Shown here: positions 30,243 through 42,007 of the stretch, in pieces
Layout of the letters: the number at the start of each line of letters is the position of its first letter
Numbering within the stretch: the stretch's first letter is position 1
Source: an uncultured Sphingomonadales bacterium
Lineage (GTDB): Bacteria; Pseudomonadota; Alphaproteobacteria; Sphingomonadales; CAKZYD01
Assembly: GCA_964590595.1 (NCBI GenBank)
Contig: CAZPXQ010000001.1
Location: forward strand, 198,410-262,409
Length of the DNA: 64,000 bases
Reading direction: 5' to 3'
Translations under genes and position numbers: made by a program
Notes under the pieces: model-generated
What the model was told of the DNA's origin: nothing
The model's input: the letters and a program-made list of their open reading frames with translations, nothing else
Databases searched by the model: none

Positions 30243-31730
30243 CTAATTAGGCCAGCGATGGTCCCCACGTCCACTGGCGTTTGCAGTCGCCGTCGCGCCA
30301 TCGCTGTCGGTGCCTTGGTCCAAGCCCAGTTCAGCAACCTTGCGGTATAATGTCGAGCGGCCAATGCCCAGCCGTCGCGCCACTTCCGACATCCGCCCGC
30401 GATAGCGGCTGAGGGCGAAACGGATCAAGTCTGCCTCCACCGCGGCCAGGGCCCGGACATGACCATCCTCATCCAGCACCGGCATGGTGCCCGACCAGCC
30501 TGGCGTGACCGCCGCCGGCACTGGCTCGTCGTCTTGTTCGGCGGGCTCGAACTGCGCCGACAGAAACGGAAAATCATCCGGTGTGAGTTGCGCGCCGTCG
30601 GCCATCACGGCGGCCCGAAAGATCGCATTTTGCAATTGCCGGACATTGCCCGGCCAGGAAAATTGCTGCAGCAGCGCGATGGCGGACGGCAGGATGCCGC
30701 GAACCTTGATGCTTTCGCTATCGGCCAGCCTGGCCAGAAAATGCCCGACCAGGGCGGGAATATCCTCGGGCCGCTTGCGCAGCGGCGGAATCCGCACCGG
30801 AAACACCGCCAGCCGGTAATACAAGTCCTCGCGGAACGCGCCCTCGCGCACTTGATCGGCGAGAATGCGATTGGTGGCGGAAATCACCCGCACATCCACC
30901 TTGACCGGCTTGCGGCCGCCGACCGGGTCAATTTCGCCTTCCTGCAAGGCGCGCAGCAGCTTGACTTGGACATCCAGCGGCAATTCGCCGACTTCATCCA
31001 AAAACAAAGTGCCGCCATCGGCCTCGACGAATTTGCCGACATGGCGGTCGCTGGCGCCGGTGAAGGCGCCCTTTTCATGCCCGAACAGGATGCTTTCGAC
31101 CAAATTGGCTGGAATCGCGCCGCAATTGACGGTGATGAAGGGGGCGCCGGCGCGGCCGCTGGCGCTGTAGATGGCGCGGGCGAATAATTCCTTGCCGACG
31201 CCCGATTCGCCTTCGATCAACACCGGAATGGCGGTGGCTGCGGCTTTTTTGGCGACGCCGATGGCGTCTTGCATGGCCGGGCCGTCGCCAACCAACTCAT
31301 GAAAGCCCAGATGATCGCCCAATTTTTCGGTCAATGGCCGCAATTCGTCGCGCAGACCGCGGTTTTCCAAGGCATTGTGAACGGCGGTGGCGATGCGGTC
31401 GGCGGAGGCGGGCTTGACCAGGAAATCAACCGCGCCAGCGCGCATGCATTCGACCGCGTTGCTGATGCTGGAATGGGCGGTCAAGACAATGAACGGCAGG
31501 TCCGGTTGCTTGGGGTGAATGGCGCGCAAGACCGCGAATCCATCCGCGCCCGGCATCGACAAATCCAGAATCACCGCGTCGAAATCGCCGCCGGCGCCAT
31601 CATCCAACAACTGCAGGGCTTCGCCGCCGGAACGCACCAAGACTGCGTGAAAGCCAGCATTTTCCACGGCCGTGCCGGTTAGCCGCAGCACCGTCGGTTC
31701 ATCGTCGACAACCAGGATTTTACGCGCCAT
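30243..31730 (-). CDS. Sigma-54-dependent response regulator (NtrC family; REC + AAA+ + Fis HTH)
   Basis: REC domain (ILVVDDE...DLSMPG), Walker A GESGVGKE, GAFTGA loop, and C-terminal HTH segment RLGIGRSTLYRK. Confidence 0.9.
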   Translation of the reverse strand: MARKILVVDDEPTVLRLTGTAVENAGFHAVLVRSGGEALQLLDDGAGGDFDAVILDLSMPGADGFAVLRAIHPKQPDLPFIVLTAHSSISNAVECMRAGAVDFLVKPASADRIATAVHNALENRGLRDELRPLTEKLGDHLGFHELVGDGPAMQDAIGVAKKAAATAIPVLIEGESGVGKELFARAIYSASGRAGAPFITVNCGAIPANLVESILFGHEKGAFTGASDRHVGKFVEADGGTLFLDEVGELPLDVQVKLLRALQEGEIDPVGGRKPVKVDVRVISATNRILADQVREGAFREDLYYRLAVFPVRIPPLRKRPEDIPALVGHFLARLADSESIKVRGILPSAIALLQQFSWPGNVRQLQNAIFRAAVMADGAQLTPDDFPFLSAQFEPAEQDDEPVPAAVTPGWSGTMPVLDEDGHVRALAAVEADLIRFALSRYRGRMSEVARRLGIGRSTLYRKVAELGLDQGTDSDGATATANASGRGDHRWPN

Positions 31731-31916
31731 CGAGCCCGGCTTCCTTTACACATGCAGATCGGGAACATGTATCGATAAGCGACAAGTCGTTAAGAAACGG
31801 CCAATGGCGGCATAAAAACTAGCGGTCCGACGAGGTATCAAAAATAAGGGGTGAAGCCGGGGGGCGGTTTCGCTAAGGTGCGCAACAATTCCGGCAATTG
31901 TCGAAATGGGGTAGGC

Positions 31917-33047
31917 ATGAAAATCGCGGTCTTGAAAGAACGGCGCGCCGGTGAGCGCCGGGTGGCGGCAACGCCCGACACGGTTAAGAAATTGATCGGC
32001 CTGGGTGCCGAGATCAAGGTGGAGGCCGGCGCCGGCGCCGGCGCCAATATTCCCGATGCGGCGTTCGAGGAAGCCGGCGCAAGCATTGCCAGCGACGCGG
32101 CGGCGGCGTTGGATGGCGCCACCATCGCGCTCAAGGTTCAGGGGCCTGAGGCCGATGAATTGGCGCCCTATGTCAAGGATCAGATCCTGATCGGCATTTT
32201 GAATCCGCATGGCGCGCGCGACCTGGTCAAGGCCTATGCCAATCAGGGGCTGACAAGCTTTGCCATGGAATTCATGCCGCGCATCACCCGCGCGCAAACG
32301 ATGGACGTGTTGTCGTCGCAATCCAACCTCGCCGGTTATAAGGCGGTGTTGGACGCGGCGGCGGAATATGGCCGGGCCTTGCCGATGATGATGACGGCGG
32401 CCGGCACCATTGCCGCCGCTCGGGTATTCATCATGGGCGCTGGCGTCGCCGGTTTGCAGGCGGTTGCCACCGCCAAGCGCTTGGGCGCCATCGTTTCCGC
32501 CACCGACGTGCGGCTGGCCGCCAAGGAGCAGGTGGAAAGCCTGGGCGGCAAATTCGTGATGGTCGAAGATGACGAGGCCAAGGAGGCGGAGACCTCCGGC
32601 GGTTATGCCAAGGAAATGTCCGAAGCCTATAAGCAGAAACAGGCGGCGCTGGTGGCCGAGACGATCAAGAAGCAGGATATCGTCATTACCACGGCGCTGA
32701 TCCCGGGTCGGCCGGCGCCGCGCCTGATCACCGCCGAGATGGTGCGTTCGATGAAGCCGGGTTCGGTGATCGTCGATCTGGCGGTGGAGCAGGGCGGCAA
32801 TGTCGAGGGCTCGAAGCCGGGCGAGATCGTCGATGCGGACGGCGTCAAGATCGTTGGCCATATCAATGTGCCGTCGCGGCTGGCGGCCGACGCCTCGGCG
32901 CTTTATGCGAAAAATCTGCTGAATTTCCTCACCCCTCTGGTCGATGCGGAAGCCAAGGCGCTGAAAATCGACTGGGACGATGAAATCGTCAAAGGGGTGT
33001 TGGTGACCAAGGATGGCGGCGTCGTCCATCCGGCCTTGCAATCTTGA
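31917..33047 (+). CDS. pntAA: NAD(P) transhydrogenase subunit alpha, part 1 (dI)
   Basis: MKIAVLKERRAGERRVAATPDTVKKL... with Rossmann motif VFIMGAGVAGLQA. I chose the ATG at 31917. Confidence 0.93.
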   Translation: MKIAVLKERRAGERRVAATPDTVKKLIGLGAEIKVEAGAGAGANIPDAAFEEAGASIASDAAAALDGATIALKVQGPEADELAPYVKDQILIGILNPHGARDLVKAYANQGLTSFAMEFMPRITRAQTMDVLSSQSNLAGYKAVLDAAAEYGRALPMMMTAAGTIAAARVFIMGAGVAGLQAVATAKRLGAIVSATDVRLAAKEQVESLGGKFVMVEDDEAKEAETSGGYAKEMSEAYKQKQAALVAETIKKQDIVITTALIPGRPAPRLITAEMVRSMKPGSVIVDLAVEQGGNVEGSKPGEIVDADGVKIVGHINVPSRLAADASALYAKNLLNFLTPLVDAEAKALKIDWDDEIVKGVLVTKDGGVVHPALQS

Positions 33048-33061
33048 AGGGGGACCAGCTG

Positions 33062-33355
33062 ATGGAAGCGGTGAGTCCATTTATCGGTCAATTGTCGATT
33101 TTCGTGCTGGCGATTTTCGTCGGCTATTATGTGGTTTGGTCGGTGACCCCGGCCTTGCACACGCCGCTGATGGCGGTGACCAATGCTGTATCCTCGGTGA
33201 TCATCGTTGGCGCCTTGATCGCTGGCGGCCCGGCGGATTGGTCAGTGGCCAAGATTTTGGGGCTGATCGCCATCGCCTTGGCGGCGGTCAATATCTTCGG
33301 CGGTTTCGCGGTCACCCAGCGGATGCTGGCGATGTACAAGAAAAAGCAGAAATAG
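33062..33355 (+). CDS. pntAB: NAD(P) transhydrogenase subunit alpha, part 2 (membrane, dII-a)
   Basis: Roughly 97-aa 3-TM protein with HTPLMAVTNAVSSVI. ATG at 33062 with GAAGGGGGA upstream; the track ORF starts at TTG 33044. Confidence 0.9.
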   Translation: MEAVSPFIGQLSIFVLAIFVGYYVVWSVTPALHTPLMAVTNAVSSVIIVGALIAGGPADWSVAKILGLIAIALAAVNIFGGFAVTQRMLAMYKKKQK

Positions 33356-33367
33356 GGGGCGACGGCA

Positions 33368-34813
33368 ATGTTGGGCAGTTTGACCATGGGCGCGGCTTCC
33401 TTGGCGCCATCCTCGACCACCGCCAATGTGACGGCGCTGGCCTATCTTGTTGCCGGGGTGCTGTTCATCTTGGCGCTGCGCGGCCTTTCCAGTCCGGAAA
33501 CCAGCCGGCGTGGCAATATTTTCGGCATGATCGGCATGCTGATCGCCATCGTCACCACCGTGCTCAATCCGGAAATCGTCGGCTATGGCGAAATGCTGGT
33601 GGCGATCGCGGTCGGCGGCGCCGTTGGCTATATGATCGCCCAGCGCATCGCCATGACCGCGATGCCGCAATTGGTCGCGGCTTTTCACAGCCTGGTCGGC
33701 ATGGCCGCGGTGTTGGTGGCGGCGGCGGCCTATCTGCATCCGCAATCCTTCGGCATCGCTGACATCATGGGCAATATCTACGCCGCCTCCAAGGTCGAGA
33801 TGAGCCTCGGCGCGGCGATCGGCGCGATCACCTTTTCAGGCTCGGTGATCGCCTTCTTGAAGCTCAATGGCAATATGTCGGGCGCGCCGATCATCCTGCC
33901 CGCGCGGCATGCGATCAACCTGCTGATCGGTCTCGCCATATTGGGCCTGATCGCTTATTTCATCCCCGATCAATCGCCCTGGGTATTCTGGACCCTGGTC
34001 GGCCTGTCGTTCCTGATTGGCTTTTTGCTGATCATCCCCATCGGCGGCGCTGACATGCCGGTGGTGGTCTCCATGCTCAACAGCTATTCCGGCTGGGCGG
34101 CGGCGGGCATTGGTTTCACGCTGTCGAACACCGCGCTGATCATCACCGGCGCGCTGGTCGGCTCGTCCGGCGCCATTCTGTCCTACATCATGTGCAAGGG
34201 CATGAACCGTTCGTTCATTTCCGTCATCGCCGGCGGCTTTGGCGGCGATACCACGGCGGCTGCCGGTCCGGCGGTCGATCGTCCGTTCAAGCGCGGTTCC
34301 GCCGACGATGCGGCCTTCATCATGAAAAACGCCGCTTCCGTCATCATCGTGCCCGGCTATGGCATGGCGGTGGCGCAAGCCCAGCACGCGCTCAGGGAAA
34401 TGGGCGACATGCTGAAAGAAGAAGGCGTCGACGTCAAATACGCCATTCATCCGGTGGCGGGCCGCATGCCGGGCCATATGAACGTGTTGTTGGCCGAAGC
34501 CAATGTGCCCTATGACGAGGTGTTCGAACTGGAAGACATCAACAATGCCTTCTCTCAGGCCGATGTCGCCTTCGTCATCGGCGCCAATGACGTCACCAAC
34601 CCAGCGGCCAAGACAGACACCGCGTCGCCGATCTTCGGCATGCCGGTGTTGGACGTGGAAAAGGCCAAGACGGTGCTGTTCATCAAGCGCTCAATGGGCG
34701 GCGCTGGCTATGCCGGCATCGAAAACGAGCTGTTCTTCCGCGACAACACCATGATGTTATTGTCGGACGCTAAGAAAATGGTCGAAGAAATCGTCAAGGC
34801 GCTGGGTCATTAA
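33368..34813 (+). CDS. pntB: NAD(P) transhydrogenase subunit beta
   Basis: 481 aa. Membrane N-terminal half plus the dIII domain (VIIVPGYGMAVAQAQH, HPVAGRMPGHMNVLLAEA). Confidence 0.95.
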   Translation: MLGSLTMGAASLAPSSTTANVTALAYLVAGVLFILALRGLSSPETSRRGNIFGMIGMLIAIVTTVLNPEIVGYGEMLVAIAVGGAVGYMIAQRIAMTAMPQLVAAFHSLVGMAAVLVAAAAYLHPQSFGIADIMGNIYAASKVEMSLGAAIGAITFSGSVIAFLKLNGNMSGAPIILPARHAINLLIGLAILGLIAYFIPDQSPWVFWTLVGLSFLIGFLLIIPIGGADMPVVVSMLNSYSGWAAAGIGFTLSNTALIITGALVGSSGAILSYIMCKGMNRSFISVIAGGFGGDTTAAAGPAVDRPFKRGSADDAAFIMKNAASVIIVPGYGMAVAQAQHALREMGDMLKEEGVDVKYAIHPVAGRMPGHMNVLLAEANVPYDEVFELEDINNAFSQADVAFVIGANDVTNPAAKTDTASPIFGMPVLDVEKAKTVLFIKRSMGGAGYAGIENELFFRDNTMMLLSDAKKMVEEIVKALGH

Positions 34814-35450
34814 GACCCGGTGCCCCGCCCCGGCGTAATTTCTCGCGCAATTGGGCAAGGCGTTCGCGGTAAGCGTCGGCGTCGCCATGGTCGGTGAAGG
34901 CGCTATAGCGCTTGTGCGCGCCAGCAACGCGGATGGCATGTTTGATCGGGCACCAATATTGCTCGGTACGGCTGGCGATCTCCACCGCATAGGCCAATAA
35001 GCCATTGGCATAGCCGCAATAGGCGCAGTTGAGGCGTTCGACGAGGTTGAGATAGCCAAGCCGGTGACGGTCGATCACGACATAATCGGCGCGGCGCACG
35101 CGGGGGATGCGGTAGGCGCGAAAACAGGTCTGCTGATACAGCCACAGCATCGCGTCAAGCAGCGCCAAGGGCAGGATCAGCGCATAGATGAACGGCGCGG
35201 TCAGGATGCTGGCCCAGGACGAGCGCCGCAAAAACGCGGCCAAGCCCAGTTTCAGCTTGGCATGGTGACGGCGCATGCTGTCCTCGAAATGGGCCCGGCG
35301 CTTGACGATTTCATAACGGAATTGTGCCCGGCGTTCCTCGATCAGCGCGTCGATCTCTAGTTCCAGGTCGCTCATGCGCTGGCGCAAGGCCTCCAGCCGT
35401 TCGTCCATCAAAGCCTCCTCTTTCGCCGCCGCCGGCAATCGGTTAGTCAT
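34794..35450 (-). CDS. Conserved-looking hypothetical membrane protein with a Cys/His motif
   Basis: 218 aa starting at a true ATG. Has a coiled-coil-like N-terminus, a hydrophobic segment WASILTAPFIYALILPLALLDAMLWLY, and the motif NCAYCGY...YWCPIKH. The amino-acid composition looks coding. I cannot name the family. Confidence 0.6.
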   Translation of the reverse strand: MTNRLPAAAKEEALMDERLEALRQRMSDLELEIDALIEERRAQFRYEIVKRRAHFEDSMRRHHAKLKLGLAAFLRRSSWASILTAPFIYALILPLALLDAMLWLYQQTCFRAYRIPRVRRADYVVIDRHRLGYLNLVERLNCAYCGYANGLLAYAVEIASRTEQYWCPIKHAIRVAGAHKRYSAFTDHGDADAYRERLAQLREKLRRGGAPGLNDPAP

Positions 35451-35489
35451 GGGGCCGGGTTACAAACACCCCTCATATCAGGAGGCAGC

Positions 35490-36845
35490 ATGACCGATTT
35501 GCGCACGCAATTGGAAAAAATCGTCGGCGCCGGCGGCATTGTCGAGGCGGCGGATGTGAAGTCGCGGATGGGCTGGCCGCCCTATCAGTGCGCGGCGGAT
35601 TATCTGGTCCGGCCGGCCGACAGCGCGCAAGTTGCGGCGGTGCTGGCGGCGTGCCATCAGGCCGGGCAGGCGGTGGTCACCCATGGCGGGCGCACCGGCC
35701 TTGCCGGCGGCGCCATCAGCCAGCCCGGCGATATCGTCTTGTCGCTGGAGCGCTTCAACCAGATCGAGGAGATTGACGTCGCTGGCCGCACCATGACGCT
35801 GGGCGCGGGCGTGGTGTTGGAAGCGGCGCAAAAGGCGGCGGCGGATGCCGGCTTGATGCTGGCTGCTGATTGGGGCGCGCGCGGTTCGGCCACCATTGGC
35901 GGCGGCATCGCCACCAATGCCGGCGGCAATCAGGTGCTGCGCTATGGCATGATGCGCGAACAGGTGCTGGGGCTGGAAGCGGTGCTGGCCGACGGTACGG
36001 TGCTGTCGTCGATGAACCGCATGCTGAAAAACAACGCCGGCTACGACCTCAAGCAATTGTTCATCGGTACCGAAGGCACGCTAGGCATTGTCACCCGCGC
36101 GGTGCTGCGGTTGCGGGCCGCTCCGGCGGAAACCTATTCAGCGCTGGCCGCCTGCGCCGATTTCGACGCCGTGGCGGCGTTGCTGGATCATATGGACCGG
36201 CGCATGAGCGGCGCGTTGGCGGCTTATGAAGTGATGTGGCGGGATTTTTACGATCTGGTCCATGGCGCAGTCTCACCACCACCCCTGGCGCCGGGCCACG
36301 CCTTTTATGTGCTGGTCGAAGCCGCTGGCCAAGGCGATGCCGATGCGTTCGAGGCCGCCTTGGGCGAGGCGATCGAACAGGAGATTGTGGCTGATGCGGT
36401 GTTGGCGCAATCCGGTCGCGAGCGCGATGCGTTCTGGGCGGTCCGCGACAATATCCCGGCATTGATGGCGCTGGCGCCGATCCGCACCTATGATATCAGC
36501 ATGCCGATATCGGCGATGCGCGATTATGTGGCGGATGTGCGCGGCCAATTGCAAGCCGCGCTGGACATCGCGCGTGTCGCCGTGTTCGGCCATGTCGGCG
36601 ACGGCAATATTCACATGATCCTCGGCCTGGAAGACGCCACCGAGGCGCGCGCCCATGCCGCCGACACCATCATCTATGACCGGCTGGTGCCAGTCGGCGG
36701 CTCGGTCTCGGCGGAACATGGCGTTGGCGTTGAAAAGCGCCCATATCTCGACCGCAGCCGCGGCCCTGCCGAAATCGCGCTGATGCGGCAACTGAAGGCG
36801 GCGCTGGACCCCAACAATATTCTCAACCCGGGCAAGGTGATCTGA
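35490..36845 (+). CDS. FAD-binding oxidoreductase (GlcD / D-lactate / D-2-hydroxyacid dehydrogenase family)
   Basis: FAD_binding_4 motifs (VVTHGGRTGLAGGA, IGGGIATNAGG) and a C-terminal SAEHGVG motif. Confidence 0.88.
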   Translation: MTDLRTQLEKIVGAGGIVEAADVKSRMGWPPYQCAADYLVRPADSAQVAAVLAACHQAGQAVVTHGGRTGLAGGAISQPGDIVLSLERFNQIEEIDVAGRTMTLGAGVVLEAAQKAAADAGLMLAADWGARGSATIGGGIATNAGGNQVLRYGMMREQVLGLEAVLADGTVLSSMNRMLKNNAGYDLKQLFIGTEGTLGIVTRAVLRLRAAPAETYSALAACADFDAVAALLDHMDRRMSGALAAYEVMWRDFYDLVHGAVSPPPLAPGHAFYVLVEAAGQGDADAFEAALGEAIEQEIVADAVLAQSGRERDAFWAVRDNIPALMALAPIRTYDISMPISAMRDYVADVRGQLQAALDIARVAVFGHVGDGNIHMILGLEDATEARAHAADTIIYDRLVPVGGSVSAEHGVGVEKRPYLDRSRGPAEIALMRQLKAALDPNNILNPGKVI

Positions 36846-37123
36846 TGGCGAAATTATTGGCGATTTTCGCGGCCGTGTTCGTGGCCGAACTGGGCGACAA
36901 GACCCAGCTCGCCACATTGATGTTTTCGGCCGAGGGTGGCAGCAATCCGTGGCTGGTATTCCTGGCCGCCTCCGCCGCGCTGGTGGCCTCCACCGGCGTC
37001 GCGGTCGCGGTTGGCACCATGGGCGCCCATTGGCTGCAAGCCGTGCCCTTGAAATTGATCGCCGGCCTTGGCTTCATCGCCATCGGCATCTGGACGCTGG
37101 CCGAATATTTCCGCGCCACTTGA
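36845..37123 (+). CDS. UPF0016 (GDT1/TMEM165) family protein, single-repeat half-size form
   Basis: E-x-G-D-K-T motif (VAELGDKTQLA). 92 aa, 3 TM. Confidence 0.8.
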   Translation: MAKLLAIFAAVFVAELGDKTQLATLMFSAEGGSNPWLVFLAASAALVASTGVAVAVGTMGAHWLQAVPLKLIAGLGFIAIGIWTLAEYFRAT

Positions 37124-37360
37124 TCAGGGCTGTTGCTGGCGTTCCAGCAATTCCGCCGTACGCCGGGTATTGTCGGCAATGTCCATCAACAGGAACAAGG
37201 CGCCCAAAAGCACGATGGCGGTGATCGCGCCGCCAATCAGGCCGCCCAGAAACCCGATAAAGCCACCGCTGGCCGCGCCGCCAATGGCTGCCCCCAACAC
37301 GATCAGCGCCATTAAGATGGTAGCGATCAGCTCCAGCGATTTAATGATAATCCGTTTCAT
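37124..37360 (-). CDS. Small glycine-zipper membrane protein (hypothetical)
   Basis: 78 aa from the ATG at 37360, with GGGGGAAAAAG upstream. Two TM segments rich in GxxxG. Confidence 0.5.
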   Translation of the reverse strand: MKRIIIKSLELIATILMALIVLGAAIGGAASGGFIGFLGGLIGGAITAIVLLGALFLLMDIADNTRRTAELLERQQQP

Positions 37361-37566
37361 CTTTTTCCCCCTGCAAGAATCGCGACCGGGCGACAATGCC
37401 CTGCCACCAACAAGGCTAAGCGCAAAAACCCCTCCTTGCCAACAATCATGGCTAGCATACCTGTCGGAATGGTTGCCCCGCGACCATGGGCTGGGGCAAG
37501 ATGCCGGCCATGATCGGCGGTGGGCGCGCTGCCGAGACGTTCGGACCTGGAGGGGAAATCAACGCG

Positions 37567-38847
37567 ATGATACGCTATTTGAAAGAAGGCATCACGGCGG
37601 CGCAAGCGGCTGAGAATGATGCCAAAACCCGGGCGACAGTTGAGCAATTGCTGGCCGATATCGGCGCTCGGGGCGATGCCGCGGTGCGGGATTATTCGGA
37701 ACAATTCGACCGGTGGTCGCCGCCCTCGTTCCGGCTGAGCCGGGCCGAGATCGATGCCTGTTATGAGGCGCTGGACGAACAGGCGCTGGCGGACATTCGC
37801 TTTGCCCAAACCCAGGTCCGCAATTTTGCTCAGCATCAGCGCGATTCGATGCGCGATATCGAGGTTGAGACGCTGCCGGGGGTGACTTTGGGGCACAAGC
37901 ATATCCCGGTCAACAGCGTTGGCTGCTATGTGCCGGGCGGTAAATATCCGCTGCTGGCCTCGGCCCATATGAGCGTGGTCACCGCCAAGGTGGCCGGGGT
38001 GCCGCGGGTGATCGCGGCGGCGCCGCCCTTTCAGGGCAAGCCGGCGGCGGCGATTGTCGTGGCCATGGACATGGCCGGGGCGGATGAGATTTATGTGCTG
38101 GGCGGGGTGCAGGCGGTGGGCGCCATGGCCCTGGGCACCGAGACCATGGCCCCGGTCGACATGCTGGTCGGCCCTGGCAATGCCTTTGTGGCGGAAGCCA
38201 AGCGGCAATTGTTCGGGCGGGTGGGCATCGATCTATTCGCAGGACCGACGGAAACCCTGGTCATTGCCGATGACAGCGTCGATGGCGAGTTATGCGCCGC
38301 CGACCTGTTGGGCCAGGCCGAGCATGGCGCCAATTCGCCGGCGATCTTGCTGACCAATTCGGAGAAGCTGGCGCGCGATACCATGGCCGAGATCGCGCGG
38401 CAATTGACGATTTTGCCGACCGCCGAGGTGGCGGGGGCGGCCTGGCGCGATTATGGCCAGGTGATCTTGTGCGATGATGAAGCGGAAATGGTCAAGGTGG
38501 CGGACGAGATTGCCTCGGAACATGTGCAGGTGATGACCCGCGATCCGAATTATTTTCTGGAGCATATGACCAATTATGGCGCCCTGTTTCTGGGCCCTGA
38601 GACCAATGTCTCTTATGGCGACAAGGTAATCGGCACCAATCACACCTTGCCGACGATGAAGGCGGCGCGCTATACAGGCGGCTTGTGGGTGGGCAAGTTC
38701 CTGAAAACCTGCACCTATCAGCGGGTGACGGAACAAGCCTCGGTGTTGGTGGGCGAATATTGTTCGCGGCTGTGCGCCTTGGAAGGATTCGCCGGCCATA
38801 AGGAACAGGCCGATATCAGGGTCAGGCGCTATGGCGGGAAAAATTAG
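37567..38847 (+). CDS. Histidinol-dehydrogenase-family paralogue (substrate unknown)
   Basis: HisD-like motifs ([32 protein letters not shown]). It is not in a his operon. ATG at 37567. Confidence 0.8.
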   Translation: MIRYLKEGITAAQAAENDAKTRATVEQLLADIGARGDAAVRDYSEQFDRWSPPSFRLSRAEIDACYEALDEQALADIRFAQTQVRNFAQHQRDSMRDIEVETLPGVTLGHKHIPVNSVGCYVPGGKYPLLASAHMSVVTAKVAGVPRVIAAAPPFQGKPAAAIVVAMDMAGADEIYVLGGVQAVGAMALGTETMAPVDMLVGPGNAFVAEAKRQLFGRVGIDLFAGPTETLVIADDSVDGELCAADLLGQAEHGANSPAILLTNSEKLARDTMAEIARQLTILPTAEVAGAAWRDYGQVILCDDEAEMVKVADEIASEHVQVMTRDPNYFLEHMTNYGALFLGPETNVSYGDKVIGTNHTLPTMKAARYTGGLWVGKFLKTCTYQRVTEQASVLVGEYCSRLCALEGFAGHKEQADIRVRRYGGKN

Positions 38848-39583
38848 CGGCGCGAACTATAGTTTCGCCGGCCAGAGTGTAATGGTCACCGGTGCCGGAC
38901 GCGGCATTGGCCGTGCTTGCGCCCTGGCCTTTGCCGGTGCGGGCGCCGAGGTGATTGCGGTTGCCCGTTCGGCCGATGATCTGGCGGATTTGCACGCGCA
39001 GGCGCCAGGCGTCCAGACTTGGGCGATGGATGTGACCGATCCCGCCTTCATCGAGCGTTTGGCGGGCTTGTGGCAATTGGACGTGCTGTTCAACAATGCC
39101 GGCACCAATCGGCCGCAGCCATTTCTGGAGGTCAGCGACGACGCGCTGGAAATGATGCTGGAGCTTAATGTCCGCGCCGCCTTTCGTACTGCCCAGGCGG
39201 CGGCCCAGGTGATGGCGCGTTCGGGCCGTGGCGGCGCGATTGTCAATATGTCATCGCAAATGGGCCATGTCGGCTCGCCCGGCCGCACGGTTTATTGCAT
39301 GACCAAACATGCCATCGAGGGCCTGACCAAGGCGATGGCGGTGGAATTGGCGCCGATGGGCATTCGCGTCAACGCCATCGCGCCAACCTTCATCACCACG
39401 CCAATGACAGCGCCGATGTTGGCGGACCCGGATTTTCGCGCCTTTGTCGACCGGATGATCCCGCTGGGCCGGGTCGGCACGGTCGAGGATGTCGTCGCCG
39501 GCGTGTTGTTCCTGGCATCAAGCCAGGCCGCCATGATCACCGGCGACAGTCTCAAGGTCGATGGCGGCTGGACCGCGCAATAA
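38831..39583 (+). CDS. SDR-family oxidoreductase
   Basis: TGAGRGIG cofactor motif and Y-x3-K (YCMTKHA). Overlaps the preceding gene by 17 nt. Confidence 0.88.
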   Translation: MAGKISGANYSFAGQSVMVTGAGRGIGRACALAFAGAGAEVIAVARSADDLADLHAQAPGVQTWAMDVTDPAFIERLAGLWQLDVLFNNAGTNRPQPFLEVSDDALEMMLELNVRAAFRTAQAAAQVMARSGRGGAIVNMSSQMGHVGSPGRTVYCMTKHAIEGLTKAMAVELAPMGIRVNAIAPTFITTPMTAPMLADPDFRAFVDRMIPLGRVGTVEDVVAGVLFLASSQAAMITGDSLKVDGGWTAQ

Positions 39584-39604
39584 TCAAGAGCGGCCGCTTG
39601 TCGG

Positions 39605-39904
39605 TCAGACGCCGAAGGCCTGCTCGCCGCTGACTTCGTAGATTTTCACATCGGCGGTGAATTTGCCGCCGAAATTCTTGACCAGTTCGGCGATTTCCGG
39701 TTGCGCCAAATGGGCGTCCAGCGCGGCGCGGTCGCGCCAGCCTTCAAAGGCGACAATTTCGCATTTCTCGCGATTGCCCATCGCCATATTATAGAAGATG
39801 CAGCCATCTTCCTGGCGGGTGCGCGCGACACCGGCTTGCAGGGCGGCGAAAAAAGCATCGCAAATGTCTTCATTGGCGGTCATCACGCCACCGACAATAA
39901 TCAT
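39605..39904 (-). CDS. Antibiotic-biosynthesis-monooxygenase (ABM) domain protein
   Basis: 99-aa ferredoxin-like fold pattern (FEGWRDRAALDAHL). Confidence 0.7.
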   Translation of the reverse strand: MIIVGGVMTANEDICDAFFAALQAGVARTRQEDGCIFYNMAMGNREKCEIVAFEGWRDRAALDAHLAQPEIAELVKNFGGKFTADVKIYEVSGEQAFGV

Positions 39905-39931
39905 AAAGGCAAATCCTTTTTCTAGGGTTGC

Positions 39932-40372
39932 TCAGCCACGGTTGAAAACCTTACCGTCGGCGCTTTCATGCAGCAAATGGAAGCTGCGGTGCTTGATCAG
40001 CCAGCAGCCATTTTCCTTGACCATGAGATCGTCATATTGGCCGCGCACCCGCCGCACCCGGCCCTCGGCGTCGTTATAGACTTCGGAGGTATAGACACGG
40101 GTCTTGGCGGTGTCGCCATCGACCTTGATCATGCCGGGCGTGGCGATGAAAATGATGCCGACATAGCCCTTCATCGCCGCGACCCAATTGTCGACGATGG
40201 TTTTCTTGCCGATCATGCTGCCCAATTCCGGCACGTCCGGCAGGTCCCAGCGGCTGTCTTCATGCCACAGCGCGCCCCAGACCTCGGCATCGATCTGGGT
40301 CACGGCGTCGCCATAGGCTTCGATCTGTTCGCGAATCGCCAAACGGTCTTCCAGCGGTCCTTCAAACTGCAT
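39932..40372 (-). CDS. NTF2-like / SnoaL-like domain protein
   Basis: 146 aa. The pattern of aromatic and acidic residues is typical of SnoaL_4-like proteins. Family assignment is moderate. Confidence 0.6.
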   Translation of the reverse strand: MQFEGPLEDRLAIREQIEAYGDAVTQIDAEVWGALWHEDSRWDLPDVPELGSMIGKKTIVDNWVAAMKGYVGIIFIATPGMIKVDGDTAKTRVYTSEVYNDAEGRVRRVRGQYDDLMVKENGCWLIKHRSFHLLHESADGKVFNRG

Positions 40373-40465
40373 GTCCCTCTCCTCGGCCCTGGCCTGTCCA
40401 AATGCATTTTCATCTAGAAGTCTAAACGACAGCGTGAATGGCGGCGACCTATTGGAACAGACAGG

Positions 40466-42007
<1,542 letters not shown>

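Noticed and set aside
31731-31916. Sigma-54 (-24/-12) promoter for pntAA driven by the divergent enhancer-binding protein.
   Set aside because: No GG-N10-GC element with TGGCAC/TTGC character is present. The closest TGGCGG...CTAGC has the wrong spacing.
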